DNA of 64,000 nucleotides, taken from assembly GCA_042216725.1 (NCBI GenBank), contig JBDGTP010000034.1:3574-67573 (forward strand), in the 5' to 3' direction. The stretch is from Haloplanus sp. (GTDB lineage: Archaea; Halobacteriota; Halobacteria; Halobacteriales; Haloferacaceae). The notes under the pieces were generated by a model. The model had not been told where the DNA came from. It ran no database searches and worked only from the letters and a program-made list of their open reading frames with translations. This document shows, piece after piece, positions 30,750 to 40,854 of the stretch (within the stretch, counting starts at the first letter, position 1; every line of letters begins with the position of its first letter). Position numbers and translations under genes: made by a program.

Positions 30750-31440
30750 GGTCGCGTTAAGTTAGAGGATGAGGCGTTCGATTTCTGAGTGTCTATGGCA
30801 GAATCCGAACGCCTCAGCGAGTGTATCGAGTGGATCGACTTGTCGTTTGTGGAGCGAAAGCGGACTCCCGAGTGGGCGATTCAAGTGGGCATCCGGTGTC
30901 ATCTCGCCGGTATGTCAACGAGGGATGCAAGTCGGTTTCTCGATGAGTTGGGAGTCCAGCGCAGTCACGTCGCTGTTCACAACTGGGTACACAAGGCCGA
31001 TCTACAGCCGATGTCGACGGTAAGTGCGGATCAACTCGCGGTTGACGAGAAGGTGATCCGCATCAACGGCGACGACTACTGGCTGTACGGTGCCGTCGAT
31101 CCCCAAACGAACGAAATCCTGCAACTCAGACTGTTTCCAGCGACGACGAAACAGACAACGCGATGGTTTCTGACCGAGCTACATCGGCGATACCGGCTGG
31201 ATGGCGTCGAATTTCTTGTTGACGACGCCGATTATCTAGTGAACGTCCTCGACGAAGACGGATACCGATTCCAGATGATTTCACACGGGAATCGGAATGC
31301 TATCGAACGTGTCTTTTGGGAGATAGAACGACGAATCTACTCGTTTGCAACTAGCTTTAGTCATGTCGAACCGCAGACAGCAGAATCGTGGCTCCAAGCC
31401 CTCGCCGTTCGTCACAACTCACGCCAAAGTTAACACGACC
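30750..31440 (+). mobile_element. IS6-family insertion sequence (691 bp)
   Basis: 14-bp imperfect terminal IRs GGTCGCGTTAAGTT / GGTCGTGTTAACTT; 8-bp target duplication GATCCGGC at 30742-30749 and 31441-31448. Confidence 0.92.
30795..31433 (+). CDS. IS6-family DDE transposase
   Basis: SHVAVHNWV HTH; AVDEK, WLYGAVD, LVDD, NAIER; stop lies in the right IR. Confidence 0.9.
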   Translation: MAESERLSECIEWIDLSFVERKRTPEWAIQVGIRCHLAGMSTRDASRFLDELGVQRSHVAVHNWVHKADLQPMSTVSADQLAVDEKVIRINGDDYWLYGAVDPQTNEILQLRLFPATTKQTTRWFLTELHRRYRLDGVEFLVDDADYLVNVLDEDGYRFQMISHGNRNAIERVFWEIERRIYSFATSFSHVEPQTAESWLQALAVRHNSRQS

Positions 31441-31637
31441 GATCCGGCGGGCCGGGTCGAGCCGTCCGACCGGATGCGCGCCGGAGGGCGGCCCTCCCCG
31501 GCGGGATCGTCGCCATCCTCGTCCCTTGCCGCGGGCGCCGCGGTGTGTTGGTTGCGCGGCGCACCGACAGCATCCTCCTGACGCTCGCCGTCGGCGTCGG
31601 TGCCGTGTTGCCGTTCCGCGGGCGACTGCCGGCGTGA

Positions 31638-33044
31638 TCAGTCGTCGGCCTCGCCGCGCGCTCGCTCGAACATGTCGAGCGCCGCCTCCCGGCGCTCCCC
31701 GTGGTCGACGACCGGATCGGGGTAGTCCGGCGCCACCGCGTCCCGCTTCGCGGGCGAGCAGTCGTGCCACTCGTGGACGGTGTCGGGGTCGACACCCCGG
31801 AGTTCGGGGACGTACTCGCGGATGTACTCGGCGTCGGGGTCGTGGCGTTCCCCCTGGGTCATCGGATTGAAGATGCGGAAGTAGGGCTGGGCGTCCGTCC
31901 CCGTCGACGCGGCCCACTGCCAGCCGCCGTTGTCGTTCGCGGGATTGTGGTCGACGAGTTTCCGGCGGAACCAGTCGTAGCCCTCCCGCCAGTCGATCAG
32001 GAGATCCTTCGTGAGAAAGGAGGCGACGATCATCCGTACGCGGTTGTGCATGTACGCCTCCTCGCGCAACTGCCGCATCCCGGCGTCGACGATGGGGTAG
32101 CCCGTCTCGCCGTCCTTCCACGCCTGGAGGGTGTCGGGGTCGTCGCGCCACCCGATGTCGTTCTCGTAGTCGCGGTAGTTCTCCGTGATCACCTCGGGGT
32201 TGAAATAGAGAACGTGGTGGTAGAACTCCCGCCAGGCGAGTTCACCGCGGAACGTCTCGACGGACTCGCGGGCGTCGTCGTCGGGCGCCGTCTCCCGGGC
32301 GCGCACGACGCGGTCGTGTACCGTTCGGACGCCGACCGTCCCGTGAGTCAGGTGTGGCGAGAGCCGGGAGGTGGCGTCCGCGGCCGGACGGTCGCGCGCC
32401 TCGTCGTACCGGTAGATCGGCCCCGAACAGAACTCGTTGAGGCGGTGGCGGGCCGCCTCGTAGCCGGCGGGCGGGATCGACGCCTCCGGTTCCGCGAACC
32501 CGAGGTCGGACAGCGCCGGAATCGACGTGTCGGTCGCCGGGTCGGCGAGTCGCTCCGCCCCGGGAGCCGACACCGACGCCGCCTTCTCCCGGTCGCGCCA
32601 CTTCTTCCAGAAGTAGCTGTACACCGAGTAGGGGTCGCCGTCGTTCGTGGTGATCGACCCCGGTTCGTGGTGAAGGTGGTCGTGGACGACGCGTGTCTCG
32701 ACGCCGTCCGTGTCGAGTCGCTCGGCCACCGCGTCGTCACGGCGACGGCCGAGGCCGGAGTAGGCCTGCGCCCACGACACCGCGTCGGCGTCGTACTCGG
32801 CGGCCAGCCGCGGAATCTCGTCGACGGCCTCGCCACGGACGACGAGCAGGTCGCTCTCGCGGGCGCGGTACCAGTTCCGGAGCGCCGACAGGGCGTCGCG
32901 AACGAACGCCACCCGAGGCGGGGCGGCGTGTGTCAGGACTCGGGGGTCGAACACGTACACCGGGAGGATCGGATCGTTGTCGACTGTCACCAGGGGCAGG
33001 TTGTCCGACGGCCGCAGATCCGTCCGGTGCCAGTGGAGGCGCAT
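31638..33044 (-). CDS. phr: Deoxyribodipyrimidine photolyase (class I CPD)
   Basis: WHRTDLR, TSRLSPHL, LAWREFY, GETGYPIVDAGMR, MHNRVRM, NNGGWQW-type motif. Confidence 0.93.
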   Translation of the reverse strand: MRLHWHRTDLRPSDNLPLVTVDNDPILPVYVFDPRVLTHAAPPRVAFVRDALSALRNWYRARESDLLVVRGEAVDEIPRLAAEYDADAVSWAQAYSGLGRRRDDAVAERLDTDGVETRVVHDHLHHEPGSITTNDGDPYSVYSYFWKKWRDREKAASVSAPGAERLADPATDTSIPALSDLGFAEPEASIPPAGYEAARHRLNEFCSGPIYRYDEARDRPAADATSRLSPHLTHGTVGVRTVHDRVVRARETAPDDDARESVETFRGELAWREFYHHVLYFNPEVITENYRDYENDIGWRDDPDTLQAWKDGETGYPIVDAGMRQLREEAYMHNRVRMIVASFLTKDLLIDWREGYDWFRRKLVDHNPANDNGGWQWAASTGTDAQPYFRIFNPMTQGERHDPDAEYIREYVPELRGVDPDTVHEWHDCSPAKRDAVAPDYPDPVVDHGERREAALDMFERARGEADD

Positions 33045-33125
33045 ACGGAGCGGTGGGGTGCGGTCGGGATAAAGGCTCGACCAGAGGGGCGTCACGCTTA
33101 GGAATACGGGGTGCCGTGGGAACGT

Positions 33126-33980
33126 ATGTCGGAGACCGTGACCGTCCGGGGCGTCGACGTGCCCGCGGTCGGCCTCGGCACGTGGCGTCTGCAGGGCGCC
33201 GACTGCCGCCGGGCCGTCGAGACGGCGCTCGAACTGGGGTATCGCCACGTCGACACCGCACAGGCCTACGGCAACGAACGACAGGTCGGCGCCGCCATCG
33301 GCGCGAGCACGGTCGACCGCGACGAGGTCTTTCTCACGACGAAACTCGACGGGAGCAACCGCACCCGGAACGCCGTCCATCGGTCGGTTCGCGAGAGCCT
33401 CGACCGCCTCGGAACCGACTACCTCGACCTTCTCTTGATCCACTGGCCGAACGACAGACCGCCGTTCGCGCCGGTGCGACTGCCGGGCGCGACGCCGCTG
33501 ACGGCGACGCTATCCGCGATGCACGACCTGATCGACGAAGGGCTGGTTCGACACGTCGGCGTCTCGAACTTCGGAATCGGGCGACTCGACGAGGCGCGGA
33601 TGGACGCCGACGCGCCGATCCTCACCGACCAGGTGCAGTTCCATCCCTACTGGGATCAGCGCGACCTGTTGTCGTACTGCCGGCGAAACGACGTGCTGCT
33701 GACGGCGTACAGTCCGCTGTGTCACGGCGGCGTCCTGCGGGACGACGTGCTCGCACGGCTCGGCCGGACGTACGGCAAATCGCCCGCACAGGTCGCGATT
33801 CGGTGGGTCGTCCAGCACGACGGCGTCTGTGCGATTCCAAAGGCGACGAGTCGCGACCACCTCGCCGCGAATCTGGACGTGTTCGACTTCGAACTCACCG
33901 AGGCGGAGATGGAGCGGATTCGGCGGCCGTCGAGGCTCCGGACGGCCGTGGGATTCGTTCGCGGCCGCCTGCCCGTGTGA
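33126..33980 (+). CDS. Aldo/keto reductase
   Basis: GLGTW, DTAQAY, DLLLIHWP, GVSNF, AYSPL, IPK. Confidence 0.92.
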   Translation: MSETVTVRGVDVPAVGLGTWRLQGADCRRAVETALELGYRHVDTAQAYGNERQVGAAIGASTVDRDEVFLTTKLDGSNRTRNAVHRSVRESLDRLGTDYLDLLLIHWPNDRPPFAPVRLPGATPLTATLSAMHDLIDEGLVRHVGVSNFGIGRLDEARMDADAPILTDQVQFHPYWDQRDLLSYCRRNDVLLTAYSPLCHGGVLRDDVLARLGRTYGKSPAQVAIRWVVQHDGVCAIPKATSRDHLAANLDVFDFELTEAEMERIRRPSRLRTAVGFVRGRLPV

Positions 33981-34092
33981 TCGGATCGGCAGTTCCCAGT
34001 CGGCCACGCACTGTGATGCGGTTGCACCGAGACGACGCGGCGACGAGCGCGAAACCGGGTGACTGAAGGCGCCGGCCCATCGAGCGACGACA

Positions 34093-34260
34093 ATGCAGAA
34101 CGGTACGCGCGCGGAGTGGCACGCGGTCGACGGCAACCCGGAACCCGTGGATTTCGACCGGTACACGAGCTACGAGGAGGCGACGAAGACGGTGGTCTGT
34201 GACCGGCGGAACGCCCGGGCGTGGATCAGCGCCGACACCGTCGTGGCGCTCGATCCCTGA
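34093..34260 (+). CDS. Small haloarchaeal protein (55 aa, below ORF-track cutoff)
   Basis: MQNGTRAEW...YTSYEEATKTVVCDRRNARAWISADTVVALDP; resembles small halophile family with CD-x-x-N-x-x-AWI motif. Confidence 0.65.
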   Translation: MQNGTRAEWHAVDGNPEPVDFDRYTSYEEATKTVVCDRRNARAWISADTVVALDP

Positions 34261-34272
34261 CCGGCCCGCGGT

Positions 34273-35403
34273 CTACGGTTTGCGGCCGTCGCCGTCGACC
34301 ATCTCGTCGGCGGCCGTCGTTCCCGCCCGAATCGCGACGTGCGTATCGGTTACCTCGGTGACCGTGCCGTCGAGGGTGGCGTGATGGGCGTTGCTGATCC
34401 CGTCGCCCGGCGTGGCGATCATCTCGCCTCTCGCCACTCGCTCGCCCGGCGTCACGATGGGATCGGCCGCGGAGACGACCGACAGCGAGGGGTTGGAGAT
34501 CAGTGGCACGTGCACGGCATCGGGATCGAGTCCCGACGGCGTCGTCTCGTGGTCGCCCGTCCAGTCGCGCACGTCGAGAACGTTGATCCGCCCGTCGCCC
34601 AGCGTGTGCGCCGCGACGGTCTCTCGGTCGAGGAGCAAGACACCGTTCGTGCGTTTCGAGACGCGGAACGTCCCGGGCGGGCCATCGGTACGGAAACACC
34701 ATCCCGGGCCGCCCTCCAGAAGCACCTGATCGTCGGACACCGCGTCGATGGGTCGACCGGCCGCCTCGAGGAGTCGCGCGGCCGAGGTGCCGATGGGCAC
34801 GTCCAGAAAGCGGTGGTGCGGGACGTTGCCGGCGACGTGGACGTATTTCCGTGTCACGGGAGCGCCGCCGTCGAGCGCCCCGTAGAGGTTCGCGAGCGTC
34901 TCGACGTTCTGGACGATCCAGCCGTGATCCATCGGCAAGTCGTCACCCGCCATGACGGCACCGGCGACGACCCGTAACAGCACGCTCTCCATCCCGTACT
35001 GGTATCGGTCGTCGGTGTACGCGAACACGACGCCCGACTCGTCGTCCGCGTCGAGGGGAAGGTCATCGGGCAGGTAGATGGTCGCGTCGGTGGCGGATTC
35101 GAGCGGGCGGAGCCAGTCGCGATCCGTCCGTTTGGGCGTGACGACGACCGTCTCGAACGCCGCCTCAAGCAACGCGTCGAACAACTCCGCGAACACGTCG
35201 ACGCGCTCCCGTCCCAACCACTTGTCCATGTAGTAGACGGGCTCGCTCTCCTGATGATTGACGAGAAGGTGATCGACATCGTCCAACCGTTGCCACTTCG
35301 CGTACGTCGGAAAGCCACTACCACCCGCTCCCGCTATGCCAGCGTTCCGAATCGTCGTGGCGATCTCGGGGGGTGCCACGTGATCGAGTCGCGAGAGACT
35401 CAT
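34273..35403 (-). CDS. PduS/RnfC/NuoF-like FMN-binding protein without Fe-S motifs
   Basis: GIAGAGGSGFPT, NHQESEP, YQYGMES, NVETL, SLBB-like VPIGT, C-terminal barrel GERVARGEMIA...HHATLDGTV. Confidence 0.8.
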   Translation of the reverse strand: MSLSRLDHVAPPEIATTIRNAGIAGAGGSGFPTYAKWQRLDDVDHLLVNHQESEPVYYMDKWLGRERVDVFAELFDALLEAAFETVVVTPKRTDRDWLRPLESATDATIYLPDDLPLDADDESGVVFAYTDDRYQYGMESVLLRVVAGAVMAGDDLPMDHGWIVQNVETLANLYGALDGGAPVTRKYVHVAGNVPHHRFLDVPIGTSAARLLEAAGRPIDAVSDDQVLLEGGPGWCFRTDGPPGTFRVSKRTNGVLLLDRETVAAHTLGDGRINVLDVRDWTGDHETTPSGLDPDAVHVPLISNPSLSVVSAADPIVTPGERVARGEMIATPGDGISNAHHATLDGTVTEVTDTHVAIRAGTTAADEMVDGDGRKP

Positions 35404-35507
35404 TGCCGTCCAGCCATGCCTATTGTTAACGAATAACTATATTATTCTATCGTTTTGTTTATTCATCGATATATCTGGCGGATCGGGGGCGTCGTGGGGG
35501 AAAAGAA

Positions 35508-36149
35508 TCAGCAGACAGGAGCGGGATCGACGCCCATTCCGTGGAGGCGGTCGGCGTACTCGTCGTAGGCGACGGCGACCGTTCGCTCGGCCGCCTCGGT
35601 CGCCCGCTCCCACTCGGTCTCGCGTTCACAGCAGATGTCGAGGAGTGCCGCGCCGTCGTCGACGAGCGCCTCCGTCTCCGAGCGGAGGTAACGAACCGTG
35701 TCAGCCGTCCGTTCGTCGACCTCGTTGACGAAGAAGTTCACCACCTGCAACAGGGAGCGCTCGCTCACGAGGGGGCGCGCCACCAGCCCCGCAGCCACCC
35801 GTTCGGGCGTCGCGTCGAGCGACCGGAGGTGTTCGTGGAGCGCGTCAGGGGCGGGATCGGCATCGACCGTGTCCGGATCGGTCATGAGAGCCGCGACCCG
35901 GTCGGCGTGGTCACGCTCCGTGTCGGCGACCCGTTCGAAGGCGGATTCCGCCTCGGGCGTCGTCTCCGTGTCAGCCCACTGCTCGAACGTCTCGGCGGCG
36001 CGGCGCTCGGCGACGAGGGCCGACGCCAGCACCCGCTCGCGAGCCAGTTGCGCTTCCGTCGCCGCCACGAGCGCCTTCTCGGAGCCAAGCCGGTTGAGTT
36101 CCGTCGCCATCCGGTCGGTCACCGTCTCGACCAGGGTGTCTCCGTCCAT
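35508..36149 (-). CDS. Ferritin-like/rubrerythrin family protein
   Basis: Helical, ERDH motif, LNRLGSEKAL, C-terminal GVDPAPVC. Confidence 0.72.
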   Translation of the reverse strand: MDGDTLVETVTDRMATELNRLGSEKALVAATEAQLARERVLASALVAERRAAETFEQWADTETTPEAESAFERVADTERDHADRVAALMTDPDTVDADPAPDALHEHLRSLDATPERVAAGLVARPLVSERSLLQVVNFFVNEVDERTADTVRYLRSETEALVDDGAALLDICCERETEWERATEAAERTVAVAYDEYADRLHGMGVDPAPVC

Positions 36150-36736
36150 ACTCCAGGGTTGGGGAGCGGCGGTGGTGAGGCTGTCGGCGACACCGGAGGC
36201 AACCGGGACGTACCGTGTTCGCCGCGAGAGGACGGCGCTGGGGATACGGATCACACGACTTAGATAGTTGGTGTGTCGCTAGACACCATCTTTTTCGTAT
36301 GAATGAGAATAAAATATGAAGAAAATAAGTATAAAAATTTTGTTTTTGTTTTTAGTATTAATTCTATTGCGTGTGTTCGGCCCATAAATTACGTTTATTT
36401 CACTGTATCTTAAAATATTACTTGCTACAACAGACAAAAAAGAAAAGAATGATAATATTTCAGGTATGAATATTTTTCTGATAATTTGGCTTCGGCGGAG
36501 GCGAGCGCTCTGACGGCGTCCGATGTCGGTGACTACCCGTCGGAGAAAGATCCAGCAGTAAAAACGGCCACAGGAGTGGTATGGGCTAAACTGGGCTGGC
36601 CTCTGTGGCCATCCCACACTGAACGACCTCGACGCTAAAATTTGTCGGTCAGTTATACCATTTGCCGAGCAGCCGTATTGGTGCCGAGGCGACCCGAAGC
36701 GTGATATTATAAGACTGTAGTAAAGAAACGGGGCAC

Positions 36737-38782
36737 ATGAACGAGGGCATGCGGTCGTCGGAATACGCCACCCTCTCGGCGAGCAATATCGGCGGAATCG
36801 ACTCGGCGGAAGTCGAATTCGCTCCCGGGGTGACCGTACTCGTCGGTCGAAACGCAACCAACCGAACGTCGCTATTGCAGGCGGTCATCGGCGCCCTCGG
36901 CGGGTCGAGTGTCTCGCTGAAGGGTGACGCAGAGGAGGGGGAGGCGACGCTCACGTTCGGCGGCGAGACCTACGACCGACGCCTCGTCCGAGACGGGCGG
37001 GACGTACTCACGTCGGGACACCCCTTACTAGATGATGCGGAAGTAGCCGACCTGTTCGCGTTTCTGATCGAGTCGAACGAGGCGCGGCAGACGGTCGCCC
37101 GGGGGGGAGACCTCCGGGAACTCATCATGTCACCGGTGGACACCGACGAAATCGAGGCCGAGATCCGGCAGCTGAAACACCGGCAGAGCGAAATCGACAC
37201 CGAGATTCGGGAGATCGATCAGGAGGAAAACCGGCTCCCGGAACTCATCCAAGAACGCTCGTCGCTGGAAGCGGAGATCGAACAGAACGAGACCGAACTC
37301 GACGAGATTCGGTCGAAGATCGCCGGCAGCGACGCCCCATCCGAGAGGAGGGACGATGCCAACGAGGAACTCGAGGACAAACTAGATGCGCGTCAAGAAC
37401 TGGAATCGACCCGTGAAGACGTGACATTCGACCTGCAGACGGAACGACAGAGCCTCGAATCCCTCCAGCAGGATCAGGACGAAATCGAAGCGGAGCTAGA
37501 GGAACTTCCGAAGGTCTCGGATCAGCGCCTCCAGGACGTGCGTTCGCGGTTGAGTCAGGCTCGAGAGCGACAGAACGTGCTCCAGTCGACGATCAATCAG
37601 ATGCAGAACATCATCCAGTTCAACGAGGAACAACTGGAAGACGAGGAGGGGCTGTTCGGCAACTTGCAAAACCAGGACGACGGAGGGCTGTTCGGATCGC
37701 TCAAATCGGAAGCGAACACGGATCTACTCGGGGCACTCCGCACCGAGTACGAGGGTGATCGCTCCGTCACCGAACAACTGGTCGACGACCAGCAGATCCT
37801 CACCTGCTGGACGTGCGGGAGTCAGGTGAAAAAGACGCGGATCCGGGAGATGGTGGGCGAACTCCAGGACATTCGAACCGACCAGCTCGACCTCCTCAGC
37901 GACGTCGAGGAGGAGATCCAGGAGCTGAAAGAGACGGAATCGACTCTCGAGGAGTCGGTACAGCGGCGCGAACGGCTGGAACGGAAGCACACCAAACTTT
38001 CTCAGGAGATCGACACCCGGCACGAGCGGATTCAGGAGCTTGAAAGCCGGAAAGAGACGCTCAACGAACAGATCGACGAACTCTCCGAGGAGATCGAGAC
38101 GCTCCGAACCGAGATCGATGCCCAGGAGGAGAACGACTACAACGAGGTTCTGCAACTCCAAGAGAGCGCTAAGCGACTCGAACTGGAGATCGAGCGTCGG
38201 CAAGAGGAACTCGACGACGTGACGGCGGAGATCGACTCCATCGAAGAGCGGATCGAACGGCGAGAGGAACTCGAAACCGAGCGGGAGGAACTCCGTGACC
38301 GCCTGACAGAACTGCGACAGCGGGTCGAACAGACCGAACAGCGTGCCGTGAGCGAGTTCAACGAGCGCATGGCCGAAATTCTCGACATCCTCGACTACTC
38401 GAACATCGAACGCATCTGGATCGAACGGATCGGCACCGGTGAGAACGACGGAAGTGGTGTGTCGACGAACGCCTCGTTCGACATCCACGTCGTTCGGACG
38501 ACGGACAGCGGGAGATCCTATCGGGACACCATCGACCACCTCAGCGAGAGCGAGCGCGAAGTGACGGGACTGGTGTTCGCGCTCGCGGGCTATCTCGTCC
38601 ACGAGGTTCACGAATCGATGCCGTTCATCGTCCTCGACTCGCTCGAAGCGATCGATTCGAACCGCATCGCTCGGTTGATCCAGTATCTCTCCGAGTACGC
38701 CGAGTATCTCGTCGTTGCGCTCCTCCCCGAGGACGCCGCCGCCCTCGACGAGGAGTGTCGATATCTGTCCCCACCGTGGTAG
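36737..38782 (+). CDS. Archaea-specific SMC-like protein (Sph3-like)
   Basis: NIGGI, variant Walker A GRNATNRTS, coiled coils, central CWTCG hook, LSESERE signature, LDSLEAID. Confidence 0.9.
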   Translation: MNEGMRSSEYATLSASNIGGIDSAEVEFAPGVTVLVGRNATNRTSLLQAVIGALGGSSVSLKGDAEEGEATLTFGGETYDRRLVRDGRDVLTSGHPLLDDAEVADLFAFLIESNEARQTVARGGDLRELIMSPVDTDEIEAEIRQLKHRQSEIDTEIREIDQEENRLPELIQERSSLEAEIEQNETELDEIRSKIAGSDAPSERRDDANEELEDKLDARQELESTREDVTFDLQTERQSLESLQQDQDEIEAELEELPKVSDQRLQDVRSRLSQARERQNVLQSTINQMQNIIQFNEEQLEDEEGLFGNLQNQDDGGLFGSLKSEANTDLLGALRTEYEGDRSVTEQLVDDQQILTCWTCGSQVKKTRIREMVGELQDIRTDQLDLLSDVEEEIQELKETESTLEESVQRRERLERKHTKLSQEIDTRHERIQELESRKETLNEQIDELSEEIETLRTEIDAQEENDYNEVLQLQESAKRLELEIERRQEELDDVTAEIDSIEERIERREELETEREELRDRLTELRQRVEQTEQRAVSEFNERMAEILDILDYSNIERIWIERIGTGENDGSGVSTNASFDIHVVRTTDSGRSYRDTIDHLSESEREVTGLVFALAGYLVHEVHESMPFIVLDSLEAIDSNRIARLIQYLSEYAEYLVVALLPEDAAALDEECRYLSPPW

Positions 38783-38873
38783 GCATCCCGGTCGGGATCG
38801 AGCGACCCGGGTGTCAGGAGGGTGAAGGGAGAGAAGCACGTTTATCAACGCGGCGACCGAAGTACGGGAGTGA

Positions 38874-39479
38874 ATGACCGGGGCAAAGCAGGACTACAAG
38901 GTCGGCCGCCTCATCGAGAAGTACGGGCTCAACGCAGTCGAGGACGAACTCGTCGCCGAGTGGACCAGAGACGACGACGAGCGGGCAAGCCTTCGGGAAC
39001 TGGCAGAGGAGTTCAATCGACGGCTCCTCCGGGTCGCTATGCGGGACGCGAGCGTGAATCCTCATGGACGGGACGTGACGGAGGCGTATCGTGTGTTGAC
39101 CGACGACGACGTGAGTAGCGGCGTGCGGCTACAGACGCGTCGCCAGCTCGAACAGGACGGCGTCGATGTCGACCAACTCGAAACCGACTTCGTCACGTAT
39201 CAGTCGATATATAACTTCTTGCGCGAGTACTGTGGAGCCACGTACGAGCAGCCGACCGACGACGAGCAGGTGGAGTCGGATCTGGAACGGATCAATCGGC
39301 TTATCTCCCGGACACGGGCGGTCACCGAAGACGACCTCGAACGCCTCGACAACACCGACCGGATCACGGTCGGGGAACACAACGTGTTCGTCGACGTGCA
39401 GGTGTACTGTCAGGACTGCGACTCGCAGTATTCACTCAGCGAGTTACTGACGAACGGCGGCTGCGATTGCGCCACCTGA
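38874..39479 (+). CDS. rdfA: Rod-determining factor RdfA-like protein
   Basis: KVGRLIEKYGL, SLRELAEEFN, DFVTYQ, C-terminal CQDC and GGCDC; adjacent to the Sph3-like gene. Confidence 0.8.
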   Translation: MTGAKQDYKVGRLIEKYGLNAVEDELVAEWTRDDDERASLRELAEEFNRRLLRVAMRDASVNPHGRDVTEAYRVLTDDDVSSGVRLQTRRQLEQDGVDVDQLETDFVTYQSIYNFLREYCGATYEQPTDDEQVESDLERINRLISRTRAVTEDDLERLDNTDRITVGEHNVFVDVQVYCQDCDSQYSLSELLTNGGCDCAT

Positions 39480-39485
39480 TCGTAC

Positions 39486-40854
39486 TCATCCCGCTTTCGG
39501 GGTGGCGCCGGAGTAGTCGAGCCAGGCCTTCGCGAAGGTGAATCCCAAGGCAAAGACGGCCAGACCGATGGCGATCAAGTGGTATTCGCCCGCGTACGCC
39601 TTCCAGAGCACGAACGAGATGAGTACGATACCGAGCACGTAGAAGCCGAAGTGGCGGCTGAAGGGTCTGTCGAGGTCGGGATGTGTGAACTTGAGTTTGA
39701 TCGCGAGCGTGAGTACCCAGACGTATGTGAGTAACCACACGACCGTCGCGAGTCGGATGAGGGAGACGACGTCCGTCGAGATCAGACTGGGTGCGAGAAA
39801 GACGACCCCCGTCGCGAGGGTCGCCGGCCACGGGGAGAGAAACCGCGGGTGAAGCCACGCGAACGCCTTCGGCCAGGCGCCCTGGCGGGCCATCGCGTAG
39901 AGAATCCGTGGGATGGCGGCGTACGCGATCAGGAGGGCTCCCCATGGTCGCAAGGAAGGATGCGATCCCGGCGAACAGTTTGCCGTATGGGCCGAACAGA
40001 ACGCCCGCGATCGCGATCTGCGGAGCGTTCCCGGTGTACGCCGACTGATGTGCGAGCGGATTGTACGTTGTGATGATACCGATGCCCATGGTGAACGCCA
40101 TCACCAGAATGGTGAGGCCACCGATGATCATCCCCCGAGGGATGTTCGTCGAGGGGTCTCGAACCTCGTTGACGAGGGGCGTCGAGAACTCCAGGCCGAT
40201 GAACGCCCAGATGCCGAGCGGCAGCGTTCGGTAGAGTTGCGAGGACTCGAAGGCGGACATGTCGAACAACAGGGAGAGATCACCGCCCTGCCCCAAGAGA
40301 TTGAGACCCGAGAAGGCGGCGACGCCCATCGCCATCCGAATGCCGACCATACAGAGCACGAGTATCGTCACCGTCGTGATCGTCAGACGGATTCCGAGCA
40401 TGTTGACGCCGATAGCGAGGAGATTGAGTACGAGGATCCACAGCGTGACGGTTCCGATGCCCGTCGTCTGCACCATTGCGTGTGCGCCTGCAGCCGTCTC
40501 CGATGCCCAGACGAGGCCGAAGACCAGCCAGTATGTCGTCCCGATCCCGGTGGCCATCAACACCGCCGTCCGCCTGCCGCAGTCCTCATACCCACGCTTG
40601 GTGAAGTCGAACACCTGCCCAGTTCTCGAGAAGATCGTCGTCAACTCTGCATAGGCAAACGCGACGAGCAGGTTGATCGACAGCCCGAAGAGCAGCGTGA
40701 ACAGGTACGCCGGGCCAGCGATCCCGTATCCGTTGAAATCCCCCGCGAACGTCGTCGAGGCGACTACCAGACCGATCGATGCGGCGGCGACCCCCCACCA
40801 GCCGATGCGCCCGGTGAGCTCCGCAGCATCTTTCGCCCGTTCCGTTCGCGCCAT
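39486..40854 (-). pseudogene. APC-family amino acid permease split by a +1 frameshift
   Basis: AYAEL, WAFIGLE, PRILYAMAR, LHPRF motifs across two frames; removing one G of GGG 39935-39937 restores MGSLLIAY. Confidence 0.8.

Noticed and set aside
31441-31637. Possible small gene between the IS6 element and photolyase
   Set aside because: Only short Arg/Pro-rich frames without convincing composition or motif
36279-36857. 192-aa minus-strand ORF across the AT-rich tract
   Set aside because: Overlaps the sph3-like start, basic/Phe-Ile-rich composition explained by base bias, no motifs
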